Shown here in pieces: positions 49,550-61,720 of a stretch of 64,000 nucleotides of DNA. Source of the DNA: Azolla caroliniana. Taxonomy: Eukaryota; Plantae; Polypodiophyta. A model generated the notes under the pieces. It searched no databases. It worked only from the letters and a program-made list of their open reading frames with translations, and had not been told where the DNA came from. The DNA lies in contig JBHGNT010000014.1 in assembly GCA_043228905.1 (NCBI GenBank), positions 6,696,001 through 6,760,000 of the forward strand, read 5' to 3'. How positions within the stretch are numbered: position 1 is the first letter of the stretch; the number at the start of each line of letters is the position of its first letter. A program made the translations under genes and the position numbers.

Positions 49550-50760
49550 TCGCTTCTTCTTTCGGCACTCCTCTTTGTAGTGACCGAGTTTTCCGCAGTA
49601 TCCGCATTTCATTGGGTTATTACGGTTGCTTTGTCCGGCATGATGACTCCCCCTTTTTCCGAACTCTCTTGGATTGATCTTGTCCGCTTACCATTAGTGA
49701 GAGTTGCCCTCTTGGGTTTGCTGACCATGACGGCCTTGTCCGAATCGACCTCTATTTCCACGGCCGAAATTTCTTCTGTCATCCGACTAGGAGTAGAGCA
49801 TCTAACCCTCTGGTGTGTTGCTCCTCTATCAGGCGTGATTTTCCTCGACCAGCAATATTGACTAGAGATCAAAAAAGGTGGGAGGATTCTCTCTTGCAAG
49901 GACGACGGATCTTATTGCGTTGAATCGAGGTGCCAAGCCTCTGAGTCATATCTGCACCATTTCTTCGTCGGTAATGCCAACATTGATCGACCCGAGGGCA
50001 TCACATAGCTCCTTGATCTTCAAGGTGTAACATGTGATCAACATATCCCTCTGTTGCAGATTGTTTAGCTCCTATCGAAGTTGGAGCTTCCGTGTAGCCA
50101 TATTGGCCGCAAAGATTTTCTTGAGGTTTTCCCACGCCTATTTCGGCATTTTTACCTCTCTGATATATCCCAGCATATGATCATGTATGCATGATGCCAA
50201 GCAGTACAACACACGGCTTGCGGCCTGCTCCCAAGCGGGATAGTCGGCGTGTGTTGGGTTGGGTTGTGTTTCGTGAGCTCCTTCAATGTAGCTCCAATAA
50301 CCTTGCCCGACAAGGTATTGATGCATCTTGTATTCCCAAGATGCGAAGTTCATTCCATTGAGCTTCTCCGTCAGAAGAGCGGTTCCCATCTGAGTATTCA
50401 TGGTGGTTTCTTCTCTGTTGATGAGCCGGTTCTATTGTTCGTCGGCATGTAGCACCACACAAGAAATAAGGAGGATGATTAAGCAACCACACGCTCTGAT
50501 ACCATGTAAAGAAAATGAAGCAAGTGGTGTAATGTAGCGGAAGATAATTGAGTGTGTGTGTGTGTGTGTACGTAAGGCAACACAGAGAGAGAGTAAGAGA
50601 GAGCTTAAGACAGAGATAACTATATATTACATCCAACAGTAACAAAGTTACAAAGGGTTGGTTTAAATACCAACTAAGCTAGGGCAAGTGCCCTTTCTAC
50701 TATTTACAAAACTAGCCTGGTATGTCCATGAGCTAGTGTGAAACATATTACTAAAGGAAG

Positions 50761-52200
50761 TTGAGGTCGACTCTCAATAGGGAGAAACTTTATGTTGAAG
50801 CAAACCGAGTCGATACCTGTTGGAAAAAAGTATTGGGAGGAAGGCAATGTCTCATCTTCTCATATGGTGATGTTAAATGTATGTATGAACAAGATATTGC
50901 ATTTTCGATGGTTGATGATTCATTATGCATTGCCAATAGGTGAATTGTTGAGGGGATTAGTGAGTGATCGTTCATGTGTTATGTGTGGTTCTGTATCGAA
51001 GCCATTGCATCATGTATTTTGGGAATGTGATGCCGCAAAAAGTTTTTGGTTTCAAATTCTTAGGCTTCTAGGTCATAAGTATAGGTCAGCTATTTTCACG
51101 TGGGGTGTAGTCTTCTAGGGAATGTTGGATCAACAAAGGGCTTTTTATCATCATCTTTATTCTTCCTTGACATTACATGTGAGAAGTTTTCAGGTATACT
51201 CTACTTCGAGTTCCTTGTAGGGAATCACGTTCTTTTCCCGGACTTATATCTGGCAGATTGTCTCCTCTTTGGCTTTATGGGTTCTTTGGAAATCTAGGTG
51301 TTCCAAGCTATACAATGATGAAAATGTTGGGAATATGTCCCTCCAGTGGGAGGATGATCCGACTGTTCGGAAAGCCGACAGTCGAAGAGTCAGAAAACAA
51401 GAGCCGAGTTGATGAGGAACGGCCGAGGCCGAAACCAGAATCGTGTAAATAGCCGACTTGGGAGACTGTAGTTGTAAATAGTCTATGTGTGCACCCCATG
51501 AGGGCTACGTATGTAAATAGCCAGAAAAGTTGTGTAAGTATATACGCAACTAGGGCAAACTTTAGTGTGTGATGAACAGAGTTAGAACTGTAGAAACAGA
51601 ACGACTGAGAGAGAGACGAGAGACGAGAGACGAGAGAGTCGCGCCATAGCTATGTGTGTAAAAGCAGATGCGAAGAGCCCTGTGCGGCTGATACACTCGA
51701 CAGAGTGTTGTAATCATCTCTGTATTGTATATCCACTATACTATAGTGAAGAAATCTGTTCACCCATGGTTTTTCCCCATTTTAGGGTTTCTATGTAAAT
51801 CTCTGTGCACTCTTGTTTATCTTGTCTTTCTTGCCATATTTCTATGATTTGTATTTTAGTGTGTAGTTTGTTTTCTGTGATCTATTCCGCATCGATTTCT
51901 CAACAGAAAACACTCACGTTATGGATCAGGTTAAGTCTTTTTGGGACTTATTGCTACATACGATTAAAGGTGATTATGACAGTTATAAGGGTTCTTCAAA
52001 CACAATTAATCAGAAAAGAAGGAGAATTCGTCGAGTTTCGTCATCTATTCCTATTATGTCGGATGCATGTGTTGATGTTAGGTGGAACTACATACCACCT
52101 CGTTGGTTGTTCCCGCCACTGGTGTCGCTAAGTTTCGTGTGCATGTGTTGCTCGAACAGGACCGCCGAGACCTTGGACCGGGGAGACAAAAGTAGTGAGG
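50761..52200 (+). pseudogene. 3' fragment of an L1-type LINE ORF2 (zf-RVT region)
   Basis: FRWLMIHYALP..CVMCGS..LHHVFWECDAAKSFW; continues after the solo LTR. Confidence 0.75.
51325..51905 (+). mobile_element. Solo LTR (Copia family L-related)
   Basis: TGTTGGG..TCAACA with perfect 5-bp TSD GAAAA. Confidence 0.9.
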
Positions 52201-53229
52201 AAGTGGGAGATCAAGACAAAGACATGGGCAATTTATCCACAAGTTAGATTTAATACCACGATTTCGGTGGGGGGTTTTTACATAGAATCCATTTCATGAT
52301 TAATAAAAAAAACGGCTATGAATCAAAACGGGGTTTTGTTTTCTTTGGAATTGCAAAGCTTGACACCACAATTTCGGTGGTTTTTACAATAATCAGTTAT
52401 GAAATAATCAAAGGCTAAAATAATCTAGCGAAGGCGAGTCTAGTGGGCTCAGAGCTCGACTACTTCCAACGGCTACATTGCCTCGATTCGAAGTAGCCCT
52501 CGTGCCACTACAACCTCCCTTCCACAACAGACCACCGAGTTGACTATCACCGATATGCCGAAGAAATTGATGTATAAGGAATCCAAGCCCTAAAATATCT
52601 CGAGTAAGAATTATAATAGAGGCAAAACTCTCAAACCCTAAAATCCTAACTCCTCTAGTATGTTGAGGAGAAAAGAAGAAAAGTAGAAAGAAGAAGCTCT
52701 CAAACCCTAACCCTAGAAGGAAAAGAAGAAGGAGAAAGGGAGGCTACCAAACCCTAACCCAAGAAGAAGAGGAGAAGATGAAACCCTAGTGGTACAACCC
52801 TAGAATACAAAATGGGTGACCCCCAAATAAGCCTTATCCCTCTTCTCTCATAGAGGAAAGAGGAGCTTATTTTAACATTACATGCTTTTTCTTATTTATT
52901 TCCTTTATCACAAAAATGGAGGGGAGCAAAATATTCCTTGATTTGTAAGAAGAGAGACTCGACCTCTACACCTCTCTACATATACTTATAAGTCTTAATC
53001 ACTAAACTACTACAAGTATTATTTATTTATTTATATATTATTTCATGAGATGTGCGTGGAACCTCGATTTTTCTCACACTACACACGCCTCACCACAACA
53101 CCAGCACCATTCTTAGTGCAAACAACATGAGTTAATCTAGAGGTGGTGGTTATGGCATATAGGAAGGGTCTTTTGATGTGAGACGATTTTGACAGCAATC
53201 TCTAAAATATTTGTTGCGAACAATGAAGC

Positions 53230-54200
53230 ATAGGCTTTAGTTTCAATAAGGATGAGTGAATGTTGGCGGGGGTTCATCAGATTTTCATAGGGAGAGGTAG
53301 AGAGCACACTCATGTTGTGATAACGAGATGGTTTATGTGGATTTTTGGAAGCTCATTTTCTGTTTTTTCGTCAGGATGAATGATGACGTTGTGGGGGCTA
53401 AAGCAGATATCGTGAGAAGGTGAGGAACATTTTAGACTCATTTTTTGTTGTCAGTATAGGATGTTGGTGATAATCAGGAAGATGGCAAGATGGTTGGTGA
53501 GATGTTGATGTGGACTGAATGAAGAAGATTTTATGTTTCTCATTAGGATGAGTGATGATGACGGTAGGGATTGAAGCATATTTCCATGATGAGAGGATGA
53601 GTGAGGATGGTGGGGAGGCCAAAGCAAATCATGGGGGGATGAGGAAACATTCTAGACTCATTTTGTTGTTATTTGTACAGGAACTTGGTGGTAATCGACG
53701 AGGGGGTTGATGCGGACTGAAGGAAGCAAATTTTTTGTGTGATAAGGATGAGTGAAGATGGTGTGGGGGTCGAAACCGATTATCATGAGTAGGTGAGGAA
53801 ACTTTTAGACTCTCTTTTTTGCTGTTAGTAGAGGATGTTGGTGGGCATCGGCAAGATGGCAAGATGGTCGGCAAGATCGAGATGTTGATGTGGACTAAAT
53901 GAAGAAGTTTTTAGGTTTATCATTAGGATGAATGATGATGGTGTGATGGTAGGGATTGAAGCATAGTGACATGACGAGAGGATGAGTGATGACGGTGTGG
54001 GGGCCGAAGTAGATCATGAGGGGATGAGGAAACAATCTAGACTCATTTTGTTGTTATTTGTACAAGAACTTTGTGGTAATGAGTGAGATGGTTGATGTGG
54101 ACTGAATGAAGAAATGTTTTTTGTGACAAGGATGAGTGAAGATGGTGTGGGGGTCAAAGCATATTTTCTTGAGGTGATGAGGTTACTATATCATTTTGTT
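53230..54200. repeat. Degenerate tandem repeat array (about 115-130-bp subunits, higher-order period about 390 bp)
   Basis: Recurrent GGATGAGTGAAGATGGTGTGGGG, TAGACTCATTTTTGTTG and GTTGATGTGGACTGAATGAAG. Confidence 0.75.
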
Positions 54201-54329
54201 GTTATAGGTACATGATTTGGGTGATAACCGTCGACATGGCTGATGTTATAAGGACGGCTTTGCTTGGGGAATCCGTCCTTATAAATGGGAAAAAAAACAA
54301 ATCTATTTAGTCTAAGTTTCTGGTAGAGA

Positions 54330-55230
54330 TAGATGATGTTAATGGAGGACGAAGCATTTCCAGGGATTGATTATGTATTATTTAATTTTCAGATTGGGGA
54401 GTGCTTTTCTCTTTTCTTTGCTATAGATGAGTGGAGAAAAACTGTGAAAATCTATATCACTTTAGTAGCAGGCTGTACGTGTTGTTGTCATCGACATACA
54501 TTTTTCGACACCAACCATTGGAATTCATCGGCAAAGTTTCGATCAAATTGCAGGGAGTTCTAAACGTGGCTAATTTTGTATGCATGTTAGAGAGATGTAA
54601 CCTGTTTTTGTGAACCTTGGAAGTAGGGTTGAGGCATGCTTTGGAGAAGCTGGTTAATCAAAATGAGCAGTCATTCATTGTCCTTACCAAGGGTTATTTG
54701 AGATGTAGAATGCCATATGATGCTATCAAACTGCATCAAAATAGAATGAATGTTGAGCAATATATGGTACAACACATATTTTTGTGGCCCTTATCAAAGC
54801 TTGTTCGCAACTTGAGGGAGTGTCTCTAGTTGCGATAATAGTTTCTTTGGATTTCAAGCTTGTAGTGGCATAGACTCCAGTGATAAAGGCCAAAAATCCA
54901 TATTCAACTTGTACAAAGCAGGGTTTTTTTTAACCCAATGTTGTTGGTGGTAATTCCTTGCTTGATATGGATGCTAGATGTGGCTGGATTGTTGAAGCTA
55001 CATGAGGTGTTCAATAGTTTTCTAGTTAAATATGTTGCAATATTCTTTGTAATAGTGGATTGTTTTGTGTATTGCCTTTGGCCACTTTAAGTTTAATACC
55101 AATGGAGGATATTTTTTATGGAAAAAAAAAATCCTCGAATTGTGACCGAGTACCATCAAAGTTCATTATGAGAGATATCATGTGTTCTTTTTGTGAACTT
55201 TATGCTCCCAAAACTTGTTGTTGCAAAGTT
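54330..55230 (-). pseudogene. Highly decayed chromovirus gag/protease remnant
   Basis: Reverse complement near 55135-55170 encodes NFDGTRSQF(R)G (cf. gag KFDGTRSQFRG); DRNFA near 54535 (cf. protease MDRNFA). Confidence 0.5.
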
Positions 55231-55627
55231 ACTAGTCCCAATTCAAGTTGGTGAACCCGTTAATTCTTTATGTTGCGCTCTCCTCATTCACTTGTTGTGA
55301 ATCCCCGAGAAAGTTATAACAGTTTCTAAGTATTATATTTATACCCTATTGAGAATCAAACTCAACTTCCCGTGTGTGGGAACACAAACTAGGATACTCA
55401 AGTGTGTGACCACCCCACCTCCTTGTATAGTAACTAGTGTGTCATAGAAGTTAATATCCTATGACATATATTCTTTAAGTAGTTAAGACTCGACCTCTTT
55501 CCCAAGAGACGCCTCTAGTGAGAGAATCTGAGAGAAGGTGATTACATAAGCACCTTCTCCTTCTCTTTGTTTCTCTCGGTCATTCTTGTTTTTCTGTTGT
55601 ACAGTTTTTTGTTTTCTTTAATCTTGA

Positions 55628-55641
55628 GTTCTCTCTCTCAC

Positions 55642-55681
<40 letters not shown>

Positions 55682-55700
55682 TCTTCTTCTTTCTCTTCTC
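55628..55700. repeat. (TC)n-(TTC)n microsatellite
   Basis: Seen directly. Confidence 0.95.
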
Positions 55701-55954
55701 AGTGTTTTCTTTCTTTCTATGCGTCTGTTTCTCTCCCTCCATCATTATCTACGTTCTACAGCTCGTTGGAAAGCTCTTTCAGAGAGCTTTCTAAGAATGT
55801 TTATTTGCTGAATTCCGTTGCCGGAGTGAGTTATGAGCATTTTCGTCTGCAGCCCTCTTTGCCCCGCGGCCCCTCAAACTCAAGGTAGATTTTGAAACCC
55901 TAAATCGATTAAAAGGTACATTCTACTTCTTCTATCATTTTATTAATAGTAAAT

Positions 55955-56605
55955 ATGCCAAGAGGAGTAAAAGCCAATGATGATGTGATTGAAAGCCCAA
56001 ACAATCAAATGCATACATTGTCAATGGAAAAGATCGCAACTATGTATATCTCATTGCAAGAGACAGTGATGCATATGCAAAGTGAATTGTATGCTTGTAA
56101 GGAGAGGGAATTAACTCTGCAACATACACTAGAAATGCAAAAGTTAGAGATGAAAGCTTTGCGTGAAGAACTACATGCAATGAAGAACATGACTATTCAA
56201 ATGCAAGATAATAGGATGCCTGAAATCGAAAGAAAAATGTTGAGTCTTGAAGCAGAAAAAGAGATTTTAGTGAAGGCAAATGTCGAAATAAAATCTACCA
56301 TTGAAGGGAAGGAAGATGTGATCATGACAAGGTGGAAAGATGTTCTCTGGAAAGAAACACCAAAAATCACCCAAAAACATCCTAATACCATGGATGTGTT
56401 AGATGTAAAGGAGCAATATAAAATCGAAAGAAGAAAGAATAATATTGTCATTAGAGGTATGCAAGAGAATGAAATAGAGAATTCATTATCTCTTGGACAA
56501 AATATTACGAAATTCTTTGAGGATCACTTTGCTATGCGAGATGTTATTGTATATGCCGAACATCGGTTTGGCAAAAAGCAACAAGAGGGAAAGACACCTC
56601 GATGA
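55955..56605 (+). pseudogene. LINE ORF1 (coiled coil plus RRM-like start, truncated)
   Basis: ERRKNNIVIRGMQE..HRFGKK..PR, typical of CR1/L2-type ORF1. Confidence 0.75.
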
Positions 56606-56752
56606 ACGTAAAAGGGCAATGATTCTAGATAGTAGTACAGTGTACTTAAAGGGATAAGTTATTTTGTAATGGAGAATAGAACTCCACAAGAGCAAGAACG
56701 TAGAAGGCAAGCATATGCATCTCGGAAAGCAAATCAAAATGCATAGCAAGCA

Positions 56753-59700
56753 ATGACCTATGGGACTATAAGTGCTTCACGATTGAAAGTAATGGTTTGG
56801 AATTGTAGAGGATATCCATGGAATAAGGGTTTAGGACTCAATGATGTAGGTCAAGGTATGGATATTATATTTTTGGCTGAAACATGGGAGCATGAGGCAA
56901 AACGTATACCTAAGATAGACGGTCACCTCATAAAATCGATATGGCCTCACTCCAAAGGGAATATTGGGTGTGCCGGGATAGCATGTATCTACCATGAGAG
57001 CTTAGATAATTCTATCAAAGTATGCAAATATGATGACTATAAGAGATACATATGGATAAAGGTTAATTTGGGGAAAGAGAAGTTGTATATAGTTGCATGT
57101 TACATTCCTCACAAAGACTCAAACTACTATAGTAGGTTTGGGTTAGATTGTGATGATCCTTTTACAGAGTTATGCCATGATATACTTTCATTTGAGAAGC
57201 TTGGTAAAGTTTTAATTATGGGAGACTTCAATGCAAGAGTTGGAAATTTCCAAAACGTGGAGACATTTGAAGAAAATGTAGTAGAACATTGTCTATTGCA
57301 TGACTCAGAGGATTGTGTCATGTCAGATTATGGAAAACGTTTGATACATATGCTAAATTGCACAAACTTGATTATCCTAAATGGTATAAAGGCATTCCCA
57401 TTGACAAATGTGCTCACATGTTTACCATCCTCGGGTGGAGGAAGTGTGGTTGATTATGCATTAACGTTGGCATGTGATCTATCATTGGTGAATGTGTTTA
57501 AAGTTGGTTCTCTATCTCCGGACTCATACCACAAGCCATTGTACTTAGAGCTTGCAATTCCACATTCCACTAGATGTCGTGAAGTGAAAGACGAAAAGAG
57601 ATGTATCATCCGACCTTGCTACAAAAAAGCCAAGATGATGCAAATGAAGTGGAGAACCATTTGTTAAATTTTTCTCTAAGCAACAATGTTAAAGAAAATT
57701 GGCAACATTTGAAGGATATAATCCTTAAGGTTGGATATCAATGCTTTAAGAGACATGTGGGTGGGCATAAGGAAGTGTGGTTGATTATGCATTAACGTTG
57801 GCATGTGATCTATCATTGGTGAATGTGTTTAAAGTTGGTTCTCTATCTCCGGACTCATACCACAAGCCATTGTACTTAGAGCTTGCAATTCCACATTCCA
57901 CTAGATGTCGTGAAGTGAAAGACGAAAAGAGATGTATCATCCGACCTTGCTACAAAAAAGCCAAGATGATGCAAATGAAGTGGAGAACCATTTGTTAAAT
58001 TTTTCTCTAAGCAACAATGTTAAAGAAAATTGGCAACATTTGAAGGATATAATCCTTAAGGTTGGATATCAATGCTTTAAGAGACATGTGGGTGGGCATA
58101 AGGTGTGTAATTTTCCATGTAATTCTTGATTCAACTATGAATGTAAGATGTATCTCAAATGGTTTAAGTCCATAGAAGGGGGGAATGAAAAGATTGTTGC
58201 ATGGCACATATACAAGAAAGTAGTGAGGAGAAAGAAAAGAAGATATTTCCAAATGCAAGAGATGAAAAAGAAAAACTTGTTTAAGCTCAAACCAAAATTA
58301 GCATGGGGACAACTTAAGGGTAAGAAAGAAGATGTGAAAGGTCACTTTACAAATGAAGAGATGCTAGATTATGTACAAAGGTTATATATGCATGAAGGTG
58401 TGGCTCCTATGGTTGAGAAAATTGAAACTCCATGCACTACATGTATCGATATTGATGATGTAAATAAGGGAATAAAGAAGATGGCAAGTGGGAAAGCAGC
58501 AGATTCAACCTACGTCTCAAGTGAGCTTTTAAAATGGACAATGCCACACACTCGTCATTGGATAATGACAATTTTAGAGCAAGCTATAAAACAAGGATTT
58601 CCAAATGATTGGCTTATGAATTGGATTAAACCAATATTTAAAGGCGGAGATAAGAATCAAGTAGCAAATTATCGTACAATAATGGTGAGCTCAACTATTG
58701 CTAAATTATATATTACTATTAATGAGCAAAAGATAAGCACATGGGCTGAGAGTACAAGCAAAAGAGCACTTGGGCAAGCCGGATTTAGACCAAAACGCTC
58801 CACCATGGATCATTTGGTCACATTAAGAGTAATCATGGAAGAGAGTCGACTACAAGGAAAAACACTTTATCGTTGTTCTGTTGATTTCAAGAAAGCTTTT
58901 GATACTGTACCACGAAGTGAGCTTTGGAATAGAATGGTAGACATTGACATGCCATTAGAGTACCGAGTTGCGGTTGCACGCCTATATGAACAAGTTAAAT
59001 GCCAAATAAAAATGGATAGTGGATTCTCAAAGAGCTTTTTAAGTAACATGGGGGGTCAAGCAAGGATGTCCACTATCACCCACACTCTTTGGCTTATGTA
59101 TTGATAAATTAGAAGAAGTGGTGCATAAGGTTGCAAGAGAAGAAGGATTGAATGGCCCCAATTTGATGCAACATGTTATCTTATTGCTTCTATATGCAGA
59201 TGATGTGGTACTCTTCTCATATGATGTTGATAGTATGCAACATTTACTTGGGGTATTAGAAGAATTTTGCCATAGTAATGGACTAGCAGTGAATGTGGAG
59301 AAAACAAAAATGATGGTAGTGCAAACCATCCAACCTCATCATTACCCTATGCTCACATATAAAGGTGAACATATACAATTTGTTAAAAGCTTTAAATATC
59401 TTGGTATTGATGTACCCGCCACAAATAAATGGAGTGCATGCTTTGATTCTAGACTCCAAGCCGATTGGAAATCATATTACCTTTTGGAGAACCAATGCAA
59501 CCAAAGTGATACTTGTGGATGGGAAGTAAAATTAATGTTGTTCAATGCCATGGTAACTCAAGTATTGCTTTATGGAGTAGAAGTATGGGGTGGCACCATC
59601 TCTCTTAATGCATGGAACGAGATTGAGAAAATTCAAAAGATGTTTTTAAGGAGGCAATTAGGAGTTAAATGCACTACCTCTTACCAGGTTATGCTCTTGG

Positions 59701-60416
59701 AAATGGGTGTTCGACCCATAGAACTATTGGCACTCCAAAGAGTATATAAATACATTACAAAAGTCAAGAATATGCCGAATCATCGATTACCACATCTTTC
59801 TTGGAATGTTGGATGTAAGCTACAAAAGAATCATAAAAGTAAGATTCTCTCATCTGGTTGGGTTGTTGACATAAAGAAATGGTTTAGAAGATGGGGTGTG
59901 GATGATCTTTTAGAGCTTTCAGGCAATGCTATGCAATATGTAATGATTGAGGAAAGGTTGGTGGAATCATTAAGGATGAAGTGGGAGGATGCTGCTAAGA
60001 GGACAAAGCTAGAATACTACATTGCAAATGTCAACCCTGAATGTAAAGCAAGAATGTCTATTGATCGTATCCAACCTTATCTCATTACCAATATGAGTAG
60101 AAATGCTCGTAGAGCCCTTACACTACTTCGCACTCGATCTCACAAGTTAGGTATTGAAGTTGCATCATGGTATCAAAATGTAACGAATTTGAAGACATGT
60201 AAAGTATGCAATGAAGGCATGGTAGAGGATGAATGTCACTTGCTCTTCACATGCTCGACATATAGTGCAATTCGTTCAAGATATGTTGACATACTAAGAG
60301 GGAGTGATAACTTAAGATCCATACTTAAGACACCACCTAGAAGATTGAGCTCATATGTGTATGCTTTATTAACACATAGAGACTTTGTGCTTCAACATAT
60401 GAATACCCCTTCTTAG
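56753..60416 (+). pseudogene. LINE ORF2 (endonuclease-reverse transcriptase), frameshifted
   Basis: Segments 56753-57667, 58148-59104 and 59118-60416; frameshift at the G-run near 59050 (GVKQGCPLSP motif split). Confidence 0.9.
57439..58100. repeat. 331-bp tandem duplication in LINE ORF2
   Basis: 57439-57769 repeats at 57770-58100 with AGG microhomology at the junction. Confidence 0.95.
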
Positions 60417-60491
60417 GAAGGAGACATATATCAAGAACACATGTATACTCTGGTCCCATAGGTCAAAATTGGCCTCTTTATGGACGATAAA

Positions 60492-60509
60492 AATTCTAAT
60501 TCTAATTCT

Positions 60510-60576
<67 letters not shown>

Positions 60577-60590
60577 CCTCCCTCCCTCTC
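60492..60590. repeat. (ATTCTA)n LINE tail followed by (TC)n/(TCCC)n microsatellite
   Basis: Seen directly. Confidence 0.95.
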
Positions 60591-60850
60591 TCCAAGTTCA
60601 AAGATGGATATCAAAGGTAAGGCCAAAATGCCTGAGTACGAAGACTCAGATCGAAATGAATCGACTCAATCACCTAACAATGAATATGGTGGATTGGATG
60701 TTCCTAGTATGGGGACACCAAAGGCACCTCGTCGCTCCACCCGAGAAAAGAACGTAGTTAGCCGATTCACCTACAATGACTACATGGCATATCACTATGC
60801 ATTAATGATGAGGGTGGTGACAGTCTGAGAACCGGAAACCTTTTCCGAAG
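60591..60850 (+). pseudogene. Copia INT-RT linker fragment
   Basis: KGKAKMPEY..RRSTREKNVVSRFTYNDYMAYHYA..EPETFSE, homologous to the family C linker at 16380-16620. Confidence 0.75.
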
Positions 60851-61720
60851 TGTAAAGAATCAGGTATGATTCTTGTGTAGCGGAAGAGATGTGTGTTATG
60901 TGTGTATGTGTGAGAGAAAAGAGATGAGAGAAGAGAAAACACAAGATAGATTAGATAGAATGGAAAAATAGAATACTGAAGAAGAAGAAGATGTATATTC
61001 ACAAGTAGAATAGCAAATACAACATGTAGCATTACAAGGAGTCACAACCAACTTAGTATGAAGTAGGAGGAGGGTGTGAATATACCCATTTAAAATACAT
61101 CACAGAATAATTCTAGAATATACTAACACGACTAGAATATTCTTGAATGTACTATACACTAGACTCTATAATATATACAAGTTCACAATCGAATGTGGAC
61201 AGTTCAGAAGAGTTTTCATATGGTTAACACAACACAATGTACTGTGTGTGTTAAAAGTCAGAGGTTCGAGTCTAGAATGTGACATTATCCTCCCTCTTAC
61301 GTCGCCTTCCCAAATCGGTCGTTGGCTTAAGGGGATACTGTTGATGAAATCTTAGACCACCTCCAAAGTATTTTGTAAATCCTACACATTGCAAGGAGTA
61401 ACCCTTTCAGAATACAAGGTATGGAACACCAACAGGCATGAGCGACCATGTGCGGTCCTCCGCCCAAGACTAGACACGAATACCAAAGGGCGTGAGAGAC
61501 CATGTGTGGTCCTCGTCGGGAACTAGAACATGAATACCAACATGCGTGAGTGACCATGTGTGGTCCTCACGGGGGACACGAACACCAACGAGCATAAGAG
61601 ACCATGTCGGTCCTCGCCGACAATTGGAACACGACCACCAATGGGTGTGAGCGACCATGTGTGTTCCTCATCGGGAATTGGAACATGAACATTAGCAGGC
61701 ATGAGCGACCATGTTGTTCC
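60851..61720 (-). mobile_element. Chromovirus-derived 3' end: LTR 60851-61284, PPT, chromodomain tail remnant, then 54-bp tandem array
   Basis: TGTAA..TGACA; PPT GAGGGAGGATAA; reverse complement encodes a degenerate HQQYPLKP..RRRKRED tail. Confidence 0.75.
61420..61720. repeat. About 54-bp minisatellite, 5-6 units, core GAGCGACCATGTGTGGTCCTC
   Basis: Units start near 61437, 61491, 61545, 61592, 61646 and 61700. Confidence 0.9.

Larger units (their letters stand above)
48120..50760 (-). mobile_element. 5' part of a degenerate Copia (family C-related): LTR remnant, PBS-Met, gag, protease start
   Basis: PBS TGGTATCAGAGC at 50493-50504 (reverse complement); EKLNGMNFASW..; WFVDSRASNHVT; split by the solo LTR 48402-49549. 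Confidence 0.85.
55700..60513 (+). mobile_element. Near full-length non-LTR retrotransposon (APE-RT LINE, probably RTEX/L2/CR1-like rather than L1)
   Basis: Coiled-coil ORF1 (RRKNNIVIRGM) and ORF2 with APE (WNCRG, ETW, GDFNAR, VDY, SYH), RT (QAGFR, DFKKAFD, YADD, YLG) and C-terminal CxxC..EDECHLLFTC; ends in (ATTCTA)n. 5' boundary uncertain. Confidence 0.9.

Noticed and set aside
52634-52803. Interstitial telomere array
   Set aside because: AAACCCT motifs are scattered singly, not in tandem.
55440-55465. Short inverted repeat TGTCATAG..CTATGACA as an LTR start or MITE
   Set aside because: No partner terminus or TSD could be identified.
55955-56605. Host coiled-coil gene
   Set aside because: Motifs and position directly before APE-RT identify it as LINE ORF1.
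60369-60626. ORFs with poly-ER or poly-SL runs (also 7263-7496 and 55567-55794)
   Set aside because: Translations of (GA/TC)n microsatellites.
61420-61720. CRISPR-like array
   Set aside because: The 'spacers' are homologous to each other, no cas genes are present, and the context is a eukaryotic TE; it is a minisatellite.
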